DNA of 63,681 nt, counting the filler, from an uncultured virus (IMG/VR IMGVR_UViG_2061766007_001711) (lineage: Duplodnaviria; Heunggongvirae; Uroviricota; Caudoviricetes). It is 5 parts of one record of this genome, joined end to end, with 100 filler letters (N's around TTAATTAATTAA, not from the genome) between each part and the next. Parts side by side here need not be neighbours in the genome. Positions count along the whole stretch, not along the records: positions 1 to 5,509 come from IMGVR_UViG_2061766007_001711; positions 5,610 to 7,658 come from IMGVR_UViG_2061766007_001711; positions 7,759 to 32,132 come from IMGVR_UViG_2061766007_001711; 2 more parts are not named here. One strand, given 5' to 3'. This document shows, one piece after another, positions 1 through 9,240 of this stretch. Made by a program: the position numbers and the translations under genes. The first letter of the stretch is position 1, and each line of letters starts with the position of its first letter. Below the pieces are notes generated by a model that had not been told where the DNA came from, did not search any database, and was given only the letters and a program-made list of their open reading frames with translations.

Positions 1-46
1 CTATGAAGGCAACTCCACTAGACGAATACGGACATGAGGAGGCGAA

Positions 47-181
47 GTGAAGAAGAAAAAGGGAGTATCTGACATCGGTCTCGGGTGTATAATGGTATTC
101 GGGGGCTTGATTGTCGTTGCATCCATCTGTATGTTTGCCGGCTCGGTTGCACTAGGGACATGGAGTTGGCTGCATGGATGA
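47..181 (+). CDS. small membrane peptide (44 aa, GTG start)
   Basis: GAGGAGG RBS, then GTG-KKKKGVSDIGLGCIMVFGGLIVVASICMFAGSVALGTWSWLHG-TGA: basic N-terminus plus a hydrophobic helix. Read by hand; below the ORF-track cut-off. Confidence 0.55.
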   Translation: MKKKKGVSDIGLGCIMVFGGLIVVASICMFAGSVALGTWSWLHG

Positions 182-377
182 CGTGAGTGTGAATTCTGGA
201 TATGTTGCATACAAGTCAGGCGACTGTGATGTGCATGCAAGCATAGAGATGAGATTGAATACAAATGAACGCGAATGCAAGTTTGCCAGGTGCGTCAAGT
301 GCAGGAGGAGGCTCCCTGTCGACGAGATGGTGCTGGTTGGCAATGATTGCTATGAATGTAAGGAGTGCTTGAAATGA
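174..377 (+). CDS. small Cys-rich (putative zinc-finger) protein; true start may be downstream
   Basis: CVKC and CYECKEC motifs; stop overlaps the next ATG (ATGA). Confidence 0.5.
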   Translation: MDDVSVNSGYVAYKSGDCDVHASIEMRLNTNERECKFARCVKCRRRLPVDEMVLVGNDCYECKECLK

Positions 378-1036
378 GCAAGGAACTAAACAAGATTATG
401 GGCATGGTGTGCGAACGTGAGCGCATGTACTACAACGCTGCAAAAGTTGATGTGCTCCTAGCCAAGAAGGACAAGGAAATCGCAGAACTCAAGGCGAGAA
501 TCCAGTTAGACGATGACGAAATGGCAGGATTCTTGCAGTTGGAAGAAGAATGTGGCGGTGGTGACTTGCGCAACTACATCGCAGAACTCAAGCAGATACT
601 TGAGGATGCGAAGGCATCGCACTCCGCCGAGATGGTGGACGCAGGTATGCGTGAGCGCAGGCTCCGCAGGGCGTTGTGGCTGGCGAGGGCTGAAAGGGCG
701 AAGGAGCATTTATGGCACGATGTGAAACTTGATGGTTCTCCAAAAGAAGATTACAAGGGGCAAGATTGGGTGTTGGTACAACTTCGTGAAGTGGGTGGTA
801 TTGAACTTATCCCAAGAGTTGCAGAATACAGGAGACACGTTAAAAGATGGGTATTTATTGACGAAGATTATGACACCGAAAATTCACACGAATTTCGTTA
901 TCTTCGTGATAAGTGCATTGTAATAGGTTGGCGAGATATAGACTTTGCATATTATGGCAAAAAGTTTTTCGTTCAGCAAGAAATCAACAATAACGTAGAA
1001 CGTAAGTGCCTAGCCAAAGCGGAGGAGTACAAATGA
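374..1036 (+). CDS. mosaic hypothetical protein, cassette family B
   Basis: Shares KDKEIAELK, [23 protein letters not shown] and NNVERKCxAKAEEYK blocks with 41305-41766; the intervening segments are unrelated. Confidence 0.75.
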   Translation: MSKELNKIMGMVCERERMYYNAAKVDVLLAKKDKEIAELKARIQLDDDEMAGFLQLEEECGGGDLRNYIAELKQILEDAKASHSAEMVDAGMRERRLRRALWLARAERAKEHLWHDVKLDGSPKEDYKGQDWVLVQLREVGGIELIPRVAEYRRHVKRWVFIDEDYDTENSHEFRYLRDKCIVIGWRDIDFAYYGKKFFVQQEINNNVERKCLAKAEEYK

Positions 1037-1324
1037 GTGAACTGAAAGCCACAACAGTCTATGATGCATACTGGACAGCAAATTCTGTAGGCGAAGGAAC
1101 AGGCATCCAAGTCTACCTCAAATCCGAAGCCGACAAGGTGATTGCCCATAACAAGCGCAAGCGGTGCTTGGCGATGTACCGCTATTGCGCAATTAAAGCA
1201 TTATATGAATTGGACTTAAAAGGAAACGATGTAGAATGGAAATGGTATAGCAAATGGATGCACTATTGGTTCAACCTTGCCAAAGAACCTACGTGGGCAA
1301 AGTTCCTGCAACTGATTCACAAGG
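1033..1324 (+). CDS. mosaic hypothetical protein, cassette family A (3' end at gap)
   Basis: MSELK...YLKSEADKVIA...KRCLAM...EPTWAKFLQLIHK blocks shared with six other copies. Confidence 0.75.
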
Positions 1325-1358
1325 NNNNNNNNNNCAAGTTCAAGGAGGCGAAGTAGGT

Positions 1359-1517
1359 ATGAATTATATAGTACATATTGAGGCAGATATAGTCGTTGAT
1401 GCTAGTGATGAGCTTGACGCAGAACAGCGAGCGCTAGACCGCTTTGTTAGTGACGAATATAAAGGGGCTATGAAGGCAACTCCACTAGACGAATACGGAC
1501 ATGAGGAGGCGAAGTGA
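1359..1517 (+). CDS. hypothetical protein
   Basis: AAGGAGG RBS; its 3' end is repeated at 1-50 with a different downstream gene. Confidence 0.6.
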   Translation: MNYIVHIEADIVVDASDELDAEQRALDRFVSDEYKGAMKATPLDEYGHEEAK

Positions 1518-1768
1518 TGAAAAAGATTAGAAAACTTATCTACAACTATGTATTTAAACGAGTTGTTGCATGGCAAGAAGGGCGTATTGAAGACCAAGAG
1601 CTGACGGATGCTCTCTACACATACTGCGACACGAATCTCAAGGAAGCGAAGATTTGTGGAGAGCATCCACGTTTCGGATGTGCTACGGAAATGAAAATCA
1701 ATGACGAAATGGACGATGTTTCGGATTGGGCCAAAGACGCAGCAAAGAAACTGACGGAGGATAAATGA
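1514..1768 (+). CDS. hypothetical protein (MKKIRKLIYNY...)
   Basis: Coupled start/stop; partial alleles at 41182-41280 and 38314-38432(-). Confidence 0.65.
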   Translation: MMKKIRKLIYNYVFKRVVAWQEGRIEDQELTDALYTYCDTNLKEAKICGEHPRFGCATEMKINDEMDDVSDWAKDAAKKLTEDK

Positions 1769-1835
1769 AAACGCTCACGCTTTCACTCAAGAAAAAGTGG
1801 TTCGACATGATTAAGGCTGGAATCAAGAAGGAGGA
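1765..1835 (+). CDS. ASCH-domain protein, N-terminal fragment
   Basis: MKTLTLSLKKKWFDMIKAGIKKE, a typical ASCH N-terminus; the rest lies in the N gap, with a C-terminal YFVITWEA at about 2533-2566. Confidence 0.7.
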
Positions 1836-2565
1836 NNNNNNNNNNNNNNNNNNNNNNNNNNNNNNNNNNNNNNNNNNNNNNNNNNNNNNNNNNNNNNNNN
1901 NNNNNNNNNNNNNNNNNNNNNNNNNNNNNNNNNNNNNNNNNNNNNNNNNNNNNNNNNNNNNNNNNNNNNNNNNNNNNNNNNNNNNNNNNNNNNNNNNNNN
2001 NNNNNNNNNNNNNNNNNNNNNNNNNNNNNNNNNNNNNNNNNNNNNNNNNNNNNNNNNNNNNNNNNNNNNNNNNNNNNNNNNNNNNNNNNNNNNNNNNNNN
2101 NNNNNNNNNNNNNNNNNNNNNNNNNNNNNNNNNNNNNNNNNNNNNNNNNNNNNNNNNNNNNNNNNNNNNNNNNNNNNNNNNNNNNNNNNNNNNNNNNNNN
2201 NNNNNNNNNNNNNNNNNNNNNNNNNNNNNNNNNNNNNNNNNNNNNNNNNNNNNNNNNNNNNNNNNNNNNNNNNNNNNNNNNNNNNNNNNNNNNNNNNNNN
2301 NNNNNNNNNNNNNNNNNNNNNNNNNNNNNNNNNNNNNNNNNNNNNNNNNNNNNNNNNNNNNNNNNNNNNNNNNNNNNNNNNNNNNNNNNNNNNNNNNNNN
2401 NNNNNNNNNNNNNNNNNNNNNNNNNNNNNNNNNNNNNNNNNNNNNNNNNNNNNNNNNNNNNNNNNNNNNNNNNNNNNNNNNNNNNNNNNNNNNNNNNNNN
2501 NNNNNNNNNNNNNNNNNNNNNNNNNNNNNNNNAAAAGAGTATTTCGTGATTACGTGGGAGGCGTG

Positions 2566-2946
2566 ATGAACTGGGAATCTCTAATCTCATCACGAATGCG
2601 TCCGTGCTCGAAGATGGCGGCGCAAGACTACGAGCACTCCGAAGGACGGAAGCGACAGCACAAGGCGTGGGCGAAGTCTGCGGAGGGACAATTAAGTTAC
2701 AGGCGCCGACAGGAAAAATGGAGAGCTTCGGAAAAAGGACGGGAGACGTGCAGAAGAAAGTCCTTGAGGTTCTACGATCGGCACAAGAACGACCCCGAAT
2801 TCAAGGCGAAACGGCACGATTACGAGAGGAAGTTCCGCCTGCGCCATAGACCGGGAAAGCTCCGGCAGATTGATTTCACCATAACGCTGCTCGGTGGCGG
2901 AACTTTCACCGCCCACGTGCTCACAACCCGCCGCACTGCGGCATAA
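2566..2946 (+). CDS. basic Arg/Lys-rich hypothetical protein
   Basis: GGGAGG RBS; repeated SE(K)GR motifs resembling 3503-3814. Confidence 0.65.
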   Translation: MNWESLISSRMRPCSKMAAQDYEHSEGRKRQHKAWAKSAEGQLSYRRRQEKWRASEKGRETCRRKSLRFYDRHKNDPEFKAKRHDYERKFRLRHRPGKLRQIDFTITLLGGGTFTAHVLTTRRTAA

Positions 2947-2970
2947 ACCCTAAACCAAAAGGAGACCATC

Positions 2971-3030
2971 ATGGCATGCGGTAGCAAGAAGCCGTCCGGC
3001 AAGAAGAAGCCGACAACCAAGAAGAAGTAG
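2971..3030 (+). CDS. 19-aa Lys-rich micropeptide MACGSKKPSGKKKPTTKKK
   Basis: AAGGAG RBS 6 nt upstream, AAG-rich codons, followed by a hairpin (3039-3066). Confidence 0.55.
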   Translation: MACGSKKPSGKKKPTTKKK

Positions 3031-3097
3031 TCCTTCTCCCGGCATCCCCCGAGAGGGAGGTGTCGGAAAAAGGTCTAAATAACAAGGAGACGAAATC

Positions 3098-3301
3098 ATG
3101 CTCGAAAAGGAAGCCCGGATAAACCGGGATTACGCGGACTCCCGACACAGCTCGATAAGGGAGCGTAATGAAGTGACTCCCGACACGCCATCCACCGCGA
3201 CGTGCTGCTCCTGCGGCGTAAGGGGCGAAGCCGTTCTCATGGGCCACGTGGGAGACGGCCTCTACAAGTGCGCCAAGTGCCTGGGGGTTGCCAATGCCTA
3301 G
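3098..3301 (+). CDS. small zinc-finger-like protein
   Basis: AAGGAG RBS; CCSC and CAKC motifs. Confidence 0.6.
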   Translation: MLEKEARINRDYADSRHSSIRERNEVTPDTPSTATCCSCGVRGEAVLMGHVGDGLYKCAKCLGVANA

Positions 3302-3506
3302 GAAGAATATCGACAAGCACGAGTTCAAGATTTGCGAAGCCGTGGCCCTCGGGCTTACCCACTACTACATGGGGCCGCGAGACAAGCGCGAGGTCACCGC
3401 GTCGGAACGCGCCGAGGCCCTCGCCATCCTCCCCACCCTGGAGCCGGGATGGATGCAGGAGGCGCACGACTGGGATGCCTGCGACAACTACGGGAGGACC
3501 GCGTGA
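3294..3506 (+). CDS. hypothetical protein
   Basis: Overlaps both neighbours; GC3-rich codons. Confidence 0.6.
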   Translation: MPRKNIDKHEFKICEAVALGLTHYYMGPRDKREVTASERAEALAILPTLEPGWMQEAHDWDACDNYGRTA

Positions 3507-3814
3507 ACATATATGAAGAAGCTCGAAGGAGGACCGCGGAGCTTGAGGAGATGAAGGCCGCACAGGAAAAGGCCGTTTCCGAGCGCTCCAGGGACCTCGC
3601 GAGAAAAAGGGTGTCGAAATACGCACGGACAGAAAAGGGACGCCAGAGCAACGCCAGACGATGCAGGAAGTACCGGGAGAAGAACCGCTCAAGGCTCAAC
3701 GACTACAACCGCGAATGGCATGAAGCCTTCGAGAAGGAGCACGGCATGAAGTACGGCACGTACCGTTACAGGCTTAAACACGGGCTCTTGAAGGAGGAAG
3801 AAAAATGCTTATAA
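3503..3814 (+). CDS. basic helical hypothetical protein (GTG start)
   Basis: GGGAGG RBS, GTGA overlap; KYARTEKGRQ...RKYREKN. Confidence 0.6.
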   Translation: MNIYEEARRRTAELEEMKAAQEKAVSERSRDLARKRVSKYARTEKGRQSNARRCRKYREKNRSRLNDYNREWHEAFEKEHGMKYGTYRYRLKHGLLKEEEKCL

Positions 3815-4902
3815 AGAAAAATGTCCTCATACTGCACCCGGCGGACAAGAGCGCCTGCGCCTTCTACCGCTGCCACGCCGTCGCCATGCTCCTCAACTCC
3901 TCGGCAGGAGGCGACGTCGAGGTCATAGTCTCACGCGCCGAAATCACCGACGAGTACGTCCTCAAGTACACCGCCGCCGTGGTCTTCTTCCGCGTGACAA
4001 CGGAGCAGCAGGCCACGATGGTGATGCACTACAAGCGCAACAGGCGCCGGTTCGGTTTCCGCATATTCTGCGACTACGACGACCTGGTCTTCGACGTTGG
4101 CCGCTTCGACCGCCTCCCAGCATGGAACCCGAACCCGGACGAGGACCTCAGGAAGAATGCCGAGGTGATGAAGGGAGCGCTCTCCGACATCGACGGGATA
4201 ACTGTAACGACGGAATGGCTCAAGGGCTGCATGGAGACGCGCTTCGGTTGGCCCCACGTCCGCATCCTCCCGAACGCCGTCCCGCGCTATTGCTTCGGGA
4301 GGAATCCGAGGAAGGGCGTTGACGAGGACATCATGCGCCCGCGCGTGCTCTACGCGGGCTCCACGTGCCACTTCTCGGAAGGGAACCCGGGGGACTTCGC
4401 TGGGCCGTGGATCGGGTGGCTCCGTAGCGCCGTGGAAAGGGACGAGATGGAGCTGCACCTTTTCCAGATGCCGGACTTCCTCGCAGGACTCGAGGACAAG
4501 GTGACCGTACACGGGCAGACATCGGCGGTGGAGTTCCCGTCGGTGGTCGCATCGATAGAGCCCCACTTCTACCTTGCCCCTCTTGCGGACAACTTCTTCA
4601 ACAGGGCGAAGTCGAACTTGAAGCTGCTGGAGGCTACGGCGGTAGGCGCCGTGCTAATCGCCAGCTCGTTCATATGGAGCCCGTACGAGGAGGCGTTCCC
4701 GGTCGCGAAGGTGGCGAAGGGAGACTCCGAGACCATGCTTGCCTCGCGGTTCAGGAGCCTATGCGACGTCAGGTGCTACAACTACGCACTAGGATGGCAG
4801 CGTAGCGTAATGGACCGCGGTGGCCTGTGGATGGACTCGAGGTCCTACCTGGAACGGTGGCTCCGGTCCTGGTTCGGAGAGACGCTCGTCGTGAACGGAT
4901 AG
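3805..4902 (+). CDS. glycosyltransferase (GT-B / family 4-like)
   Basis: FYR, DYDDL, ITVTTEWL, LPNAVP and APLADNFFNRAKSNLKLLEATAVG motifs typical of phage GT-B enzymes. Confidence 0.85.
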   Translation: MLIKKNVLILHPADKSACAFYRCHAVAMLLNSSAGGDVEVIVSRAEITDEYVLKYTAAVVFFRVTTEQQATMVMHYKRNRRRFGFRIFCDYDDLVFDVGRFDRLPAWNPNPDEDLRKNAEVMKGALSDIDGITVTTEWLKGCMETRFGWPHVRILPNAVPRYCFGRNPRKGVDEDIMRPRVLYAGSTCHFSEGNPGDFAGPWIGWLRSAVERDEMELHLFQMPDFLAGLEDKVTVHGQTSAVEFPSVVASIEPHFYLAPLADNFFNRAKSNLKLLEATAVGAVLIASSFIWSPYEEAFPVAKVAKGDSETMLASRFRSLCDVRCYNYALGWQRSVMDRGGLWMDSRSYLERWLRSWFGETLVVNG

Positions 4903-4904
4903 AG

Positions 4905-4934
4905 AAAGCCCCGCCCGTGAAGGCGGGGTTTTTT
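4905..4934. terminator. bidirectional intrinsic terminator
   Basis: AAAGCCCCGCC-CGTGAA-GGCGGGGTTTTTT between convergent genes. Confidence 0.85.
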
Positions 4935-4951
4935 GCGTCAGGAGGTATCCC

Positions 4952-5314
4952 TTAATTTTCCACGATGACTAGCTTCTTGACATTGCGGCAGAGCATCGTG
5001 ACCATGGTCTCTGCTGGTTGCGATTCGACGAGCTTGTCGCCATTACAGCCCATGCCGACGAGGACGCACCCTATCGAATCCTTGTAGGAGTTTCCGACGT
5101 GGATGCGGATGCCGCGCTTCGCGGGTACGGCGGCATTGTAGAGCAGCGGGAGCTCGCGCTTGAACTTCGTGGACTTGCTGTTCTCGATTGAATAGAGCCC
5201 CGCTGGTATGGCCTTGGAGGCGTTTTCGAGGGTGAAGCATATAAAAGTACTGCCGAGAAAAAGACGGCCTTGTACAGCCGTTTCTGTGAACTTGTCGCGT
5301 ATGAGCGTGAACAT
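4952..5314 (-). CDS. DUF5675-like protein, putative endolysin
   Basis: GRLF..CFTLE..AIPAGLY..GIRIHVGN..DSIGCVLVG pattern (His/Cys dyad); last gene of the late operon. Confidence 0.75.
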   Translation of the reverse strand: MFTLIRDKFTETAVQGRLFLGSTFICFTLENASKAIPAGLYSIENSKSTKFKRELPLLYNAAVPAKRGIRIHVGNSYKDSIGCVLVGMGCNGDKLVESQPAETMVTMLCRNVKKLVIVEN

Positions 5315-5509
5315 CTAGAACCTCACCACCATCGAACACTTGTCGGCCACCTTGTAGTCGTCCGAGCCCCAATGATTAGAACCGCCCGCGAACCACTCCA
5401 CCGCCTTGTCTGCGCACCCCGCCTTGAACCTGCCGATGCCGGACTCGCGGAGCAGCCCCCGGAAGATGTCGTCGCACTCCTCGCGGCGCAGGATGGAGTA
5501 TCCCTTCGT
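5315..5509 (-). CDS. DUF1353-like protein, C-terminal fragment (allele)
   Basis: KGYSILRREECDDIFRGLLRESG aligns with 59332-59793. Confidence 0.65.
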   Translation of the reverse strand, partial: TKGYSILRREECDDIFRGLLRESGIGRFKAGCADKAVEWFAGGSNHWGSDDYKVADKCSMVVRF

Positions 5510-5553
5510 NNNNNNNNNNNNNNNNNNNNNNNNNNNNNNNNNNNNNNNNNNNN

Positions 5554-5565
5554 TTAATTAATTAA
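5554..5565. other. artificial contig-joining linker TTAATTAATTAA (also 7703-7714, 32177-32188, 54338-54349)
   Basis: Identical 12-mer with stops in all six frames, embedded in N runs four times. Confidence 0.97.
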
Positions 5566-5609
5566 NNNNNNNNNNNNNNNNNNNNNNNNNNNNNNNNNNN
5601 NNNNNNNNN

Positions 5610-6294
5610 ACCTTCCTCGGTGTCAATGCCACAATCTACGAAACAGAAACTGTGTTGTGCAATCGCAGGGTCTTGATTGGACAATCTTTCATACATTTCC
5701 AACATCCCATACTTCACATTTTTCGCAAACTCAAATGANNNNNNNNNNNNNNNNNNNNNNTGCCGAGTTCTTCCAATCGGGTGCACTGTGCAAATATACT
5801 GCTTACATTAGCGTCGTCCTTAAAACTGAGATTCGGGGTTTTTTTCAAGTTGGTGTTGTAGAACATATACAACGCTACCAATGACCCCGGGAAGGACAGG
5901 TCACAACAAGATACAATATTGTTCGGTTCAAAATCAGTGGATTGGAACATTCCAAAGGTTCCGTACACGTTAGACGTATCACCTGCAGCGATTACTCGCA
6001 CCTCGTTGTCTAAATCGGGGAAAGCATCTTGGAAAGCGGATGTCCATTCTGTATTCGTGTTTGTCCAATCCCAGACGTTTGCGTTCGGGAATTCTGTTTT
6101 CTTGGCCCACGTTCCGGAGCTACCTACGCCAGCTTCTGTAGGGTCGTAGTCCGATTTTGAAAACATAAATCGGAGTGTATTTGCAGGGAGTTCCGTCGAC
6201 GCATCGTCGCCAAGGTTGTACACTCCGCCACCCTTGTAGATTGATGCCTGGTTGTACACTCCGCCGCCATTGTATATTGATACACGGTTGTACA
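5610..6294 (-). CDS. BspA/DUF285-like repeat virion-associated protein (fragmented allele)
   Basis: YN..SIY.GGGVYN repeats, then TLRFMFSKSDYDP...AGVGSSGTW...AFPDLDNEVRVIAAGDTS, homologous to 56574-57758. Confidence 0.7.
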
Positions 6295-6411
6295 TCTTCT
6301 CCTCATCGTTACACGTTGGTGTCGTCCGCAGTGAGGAATTCAGCCTCGACTTCGAGTTCGAGAGTCGGAACGAGTTCCATTCCAATGTAGTTAGTTTGCA
6401 CNNNNNNNNNN

Positions 6412-6669
6412 GAGGAAAAAGAACGCATTCTGCAAGGTGTTGTTCGGGTCGAATGACTTCACCCTGAGCAGTTTCTGTGCCAGCCAAGGGATGCTCCCGC
6501 AGTTGCTGATGTAGCCTTCCCCGACCTGCCAAAGGTACTTGCCCCTTGACGTATACAACAGCATCCCGAAATCCTTCTCGAATGCATATACGATGTCGCC
6601 CTTCAGCTTGCCTTCTGCGACCTGCATAGGCTTGAGTATCTTTGCCGAGTTGAGTACGACTGCACCCAT
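6412..6669 (-). CDS. DUF1353-like protein, N-terminal fragment
   Basis: Near-identical to the N-terminus of 59332-59793. Confidence 0.7.
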
Positions 6670-6762
6670 TCCCTACCTCCTTTTCCAGTCGTCGATGTCG
6701 AACAGCTTGCCGCCCACGATGGCGACGGCGAGCAGTATTCCGAAGGCTATGACGAGCCCCGT

Positions 6763-7643
6763 CACTTGCCCACCTCCATCTTGCCACGTATGAAGGACAC
6801 GTCCGAGCGTATGTCGGAGAGGACGGAACGAAAGTTGTCCATTTCTCCGTCAACCCTTGCACGCCACGGCTGNNNNNNNNNNTGGGTGCAATTCTTTGGA
6901 AAAATTGCCTAAACTTGTTGGTCTCAGTAATAGCATAACAAACGCTAGTTCCGCTTTTAGCGGTTGTTTGAAAATACCCGAAGTTCCTCTGTTTGACACT
7001 TCTAACGTGACAGCCATAGTTTCTATGCTTTCGGGTTGCCGTGAGATTACGAAAATTCCGGACTATAATCTTTCCTCTGTCACTGGAAATGTGAACTACT
7101 TTGCACGGAATACTTATAAAGTAAAGGAAGGGATTCTTGAAACTTACAACAAATTCCTTGACAGGGGAGAGTCTATTACATCTCATATAGAGGCTTTTTT
7201 GGANNNNNNNNNNCGAATATCGGACAGAACGGAACGAAAGTTGTCCATTTCTCCGTCAACCCTTGCACGCCACGGCTGTAGAGTCTCAGTCTGCACTTCC
7301 AATGCAGTGAGACGGGAGTCAACCGAAGATGACTCCGTGCGTTGCAGGTACATGGTNNNNNNNNNNGCGTATGTCGGATAGGACGGAGCGGAAGTTGTCC
7401 ATTTCTCCGTCAACCCTTGCACGCCACGGCTGGAGCGTCTCCGTCTGCACTTCCAATGCTGTGAGACGGGAGTCAACCGAAGTTGAATCCGTCCGTTGAA
7501 GGTACATGGCGGCGGCACTCATGAGGGCGCACAGGCCGACCACTACCGGCTTGAGAAATTCCATCCACTGCTTCTGNNNNNNNNNNCAAGGCGACTAGAC
7601 CGACTGCCACCGGCTTGAGAAATTCCATCCACTGCTTCTGCAT
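6763..7643 (-). CDS. holin-like membrane protein, several partial alleles separated by 10-N joins
   Basis: MQKQWMEFLKPVVVGLCALMSAAAMYLQRTDS...SDIRSDVSFIRGKME fragments; one TM helix plus coiled coil; homologue complete at 59087-59335. A + strand fragment of the BspA-like gene (6883-7203) is interleaved. Confidence 0.55.
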
Positions 7644-7758
7644 AAACTATCCCTCTGCNNNNNNNNNNNNNNNNNNNNNNNNNNNNNNNNNNNNNNNNNN
7701 NNTTAATTAATTAANNNNNNNNNNNNNNNNNNNNNNNNNNNNNNNNNNNNNNNNNNNN

Positions 7759-8396
7759 ATTGAAGTCGTGGACGAAAAGTTCAGAGCTAGTCTTCACCTT
7801 AATATTGAACAGGTCGCCTTCTTTTACGGGAGCGACGAACACGTCCTTGTCTTCCCATTCNNNNNNNNNNGTTGAAGTCGTGGACGAAAAGTTCAGAGCT
7901 GGTCTGCACCTTAATATTGAATAGGTCGCCTTCTTTTACGGGAGCGACGAACACGTCCTTGTCTTCCCATTCGTTCCAGCGGTTGAGCGTAACGTTCACG
8001 TCCTCGTTCACGTCGCTGCCGCTAACGTTCACTATGAAACGGAGGTCGATAGACGCGGCGATGGGACCGCCGGAAACGACTCCGGGGGCTCCGGTCGAAA
8101 CGACCCGGGCCTTCGTAATATGGAGGCTGTTGACGCATGGAACTTTAACTTCCTTGCCGGAACGTTCCGTCTCCGTCGCCNNNNNNNNNNCGCCGCTAGT
8201 GTTCACTACGAAACGGAGGTCGATAGACGCGGCAATGGGACCGCCGGAAACGACTCCGGGGGCTCCGGTCGAAACGACCCGGGCNNNNNNNNNNGAACCC
8301 AAAGGAAGGACTGAAAGATGCGTCGGCGTCGCCGCCCGTGAGGGTGTACTTGCAAGAGCTGCCGACGAAGGGGATGGAAAGTGTGTACTTCTTCAT
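7759..8396 (-). CDS. putative virion/tail accessory protein (fragmented)
   Basis: MKKYTLSIPF... start with GAGG RBS after the tail adaptor gene; homologous start at 56375. Confidence 0.5.
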
Positions 8397-8421
8397 GGTT
8401 TACCTCTGTTGTTTAATTCCT

Positions 8422-9228
8422 TTATAATTCGTATTCAGTGCCGAAAACGTTCCACGTAGAGCCTGCGTCTAACGATGACGCCTGTAAATGGTAAATCCAG
8501 TTCTTGCTGTTGCGCCTGTAAGGTACTGACGAGAACGTCATCGTGCGGCTCATGCCGTCCGAACGCTTCGTGGCAAGGTGTAGCGTTATAAGGTTATTGT
8601 TGTCGTTTGGGTCAACCCTGCTGATACTTATGTCCTTTAGGGTAGCGGCGAGCGCATACACGAGGCCCATCGGGGTGTCCGAGCCTAGATACATGCTGCT
8701 GGATAGGTCACCGAGCAATATCTTGTAGGGGTTTCCCGAGCTGTCGAGGAATACGCCGTAGGCGTCCTGGTCGTGGAGCGGGAAATCCGCGATGCCTACG
8801 CCCGTTGCCGAGCTCGGGTCCATTTCGACCTGTGCAGTGGTCTGGTCCATGGAAGCCTTGATCCATCCGCTGCCCTCGACGCTGTTCAACCCCTGCACCA
8901 CGTTCGTCGCGCTCACGCTCGCGCCGATGACCGATACATTGTCTACGGTCAAAACCGGCGATTCCTGGGAGTGCTCCGCGTCGTAGACGCACACCTTGTA
9001 CGTGCTACCCTTGCTGCCGATTACCTTCGTCGCTGTGCGCCCGCTGTTGTCCAGCTCGATGCGCTCCTGGTTCGCCGTGCCGTCGAAATTGGCGTAGGTG
9101 ATGACGGGAGTGGAGCTGCCCGCGATGAACACCTTCACATAGCCGTTACGGATTGTCCGCCCGTCCGGGGCGGTGAACGGGACGAACGGGTCGACGATGT
9201 AGCCGTATTGGGTTGTAGACAAAGCCAT
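8422..9228 (-). CDS. tail fibre/tailspike adaptor with head-binding-like N-terminal domain (short allele)
   Basis: DGRTIRNGYVKVFIAGSSTPVITY...IELDNSGR matches podovirus fibre/spike N-termini; longer allele at 55057-56358. Confidence 0.75.
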   Translation of the reverse strand: MALSTTQYGYIVDPFVPFTAPDGRTIRNGYVKVFIAGSSTPVITYANFDGTANQERIELDNSGRTATKVIGSKGSTYKVCVYDAEHSQESPVLTVDNVSVIGASVSATNVVQGLNSVEGSGWIKASMDQTTAQVEMDPSSATGVGIADFPLHDQDAYGVFLDSSGNPYKILLGDLSSSMYLGSDTPMGLVYALAATLKDISISRVDPNDNNNLITLHLATKRSDGMSRTMTFSSVPYRRNSKNWIYHLQASSLDAGSTWNVFGTEYEL

Positions 9229-9240
9229 TATCTGCCCTCC

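Noticed and set aside
1765..2946. Long ORFs spanning N runs (also 37007-38196, 62685-63663)
   Set aside because: Artefacts of translating through gaps.
5554..5565. TTAATTAATTAA palindromes as biological sites
   Set aside because: Always centred in N runs; a standard six-frame-stop contig linker.
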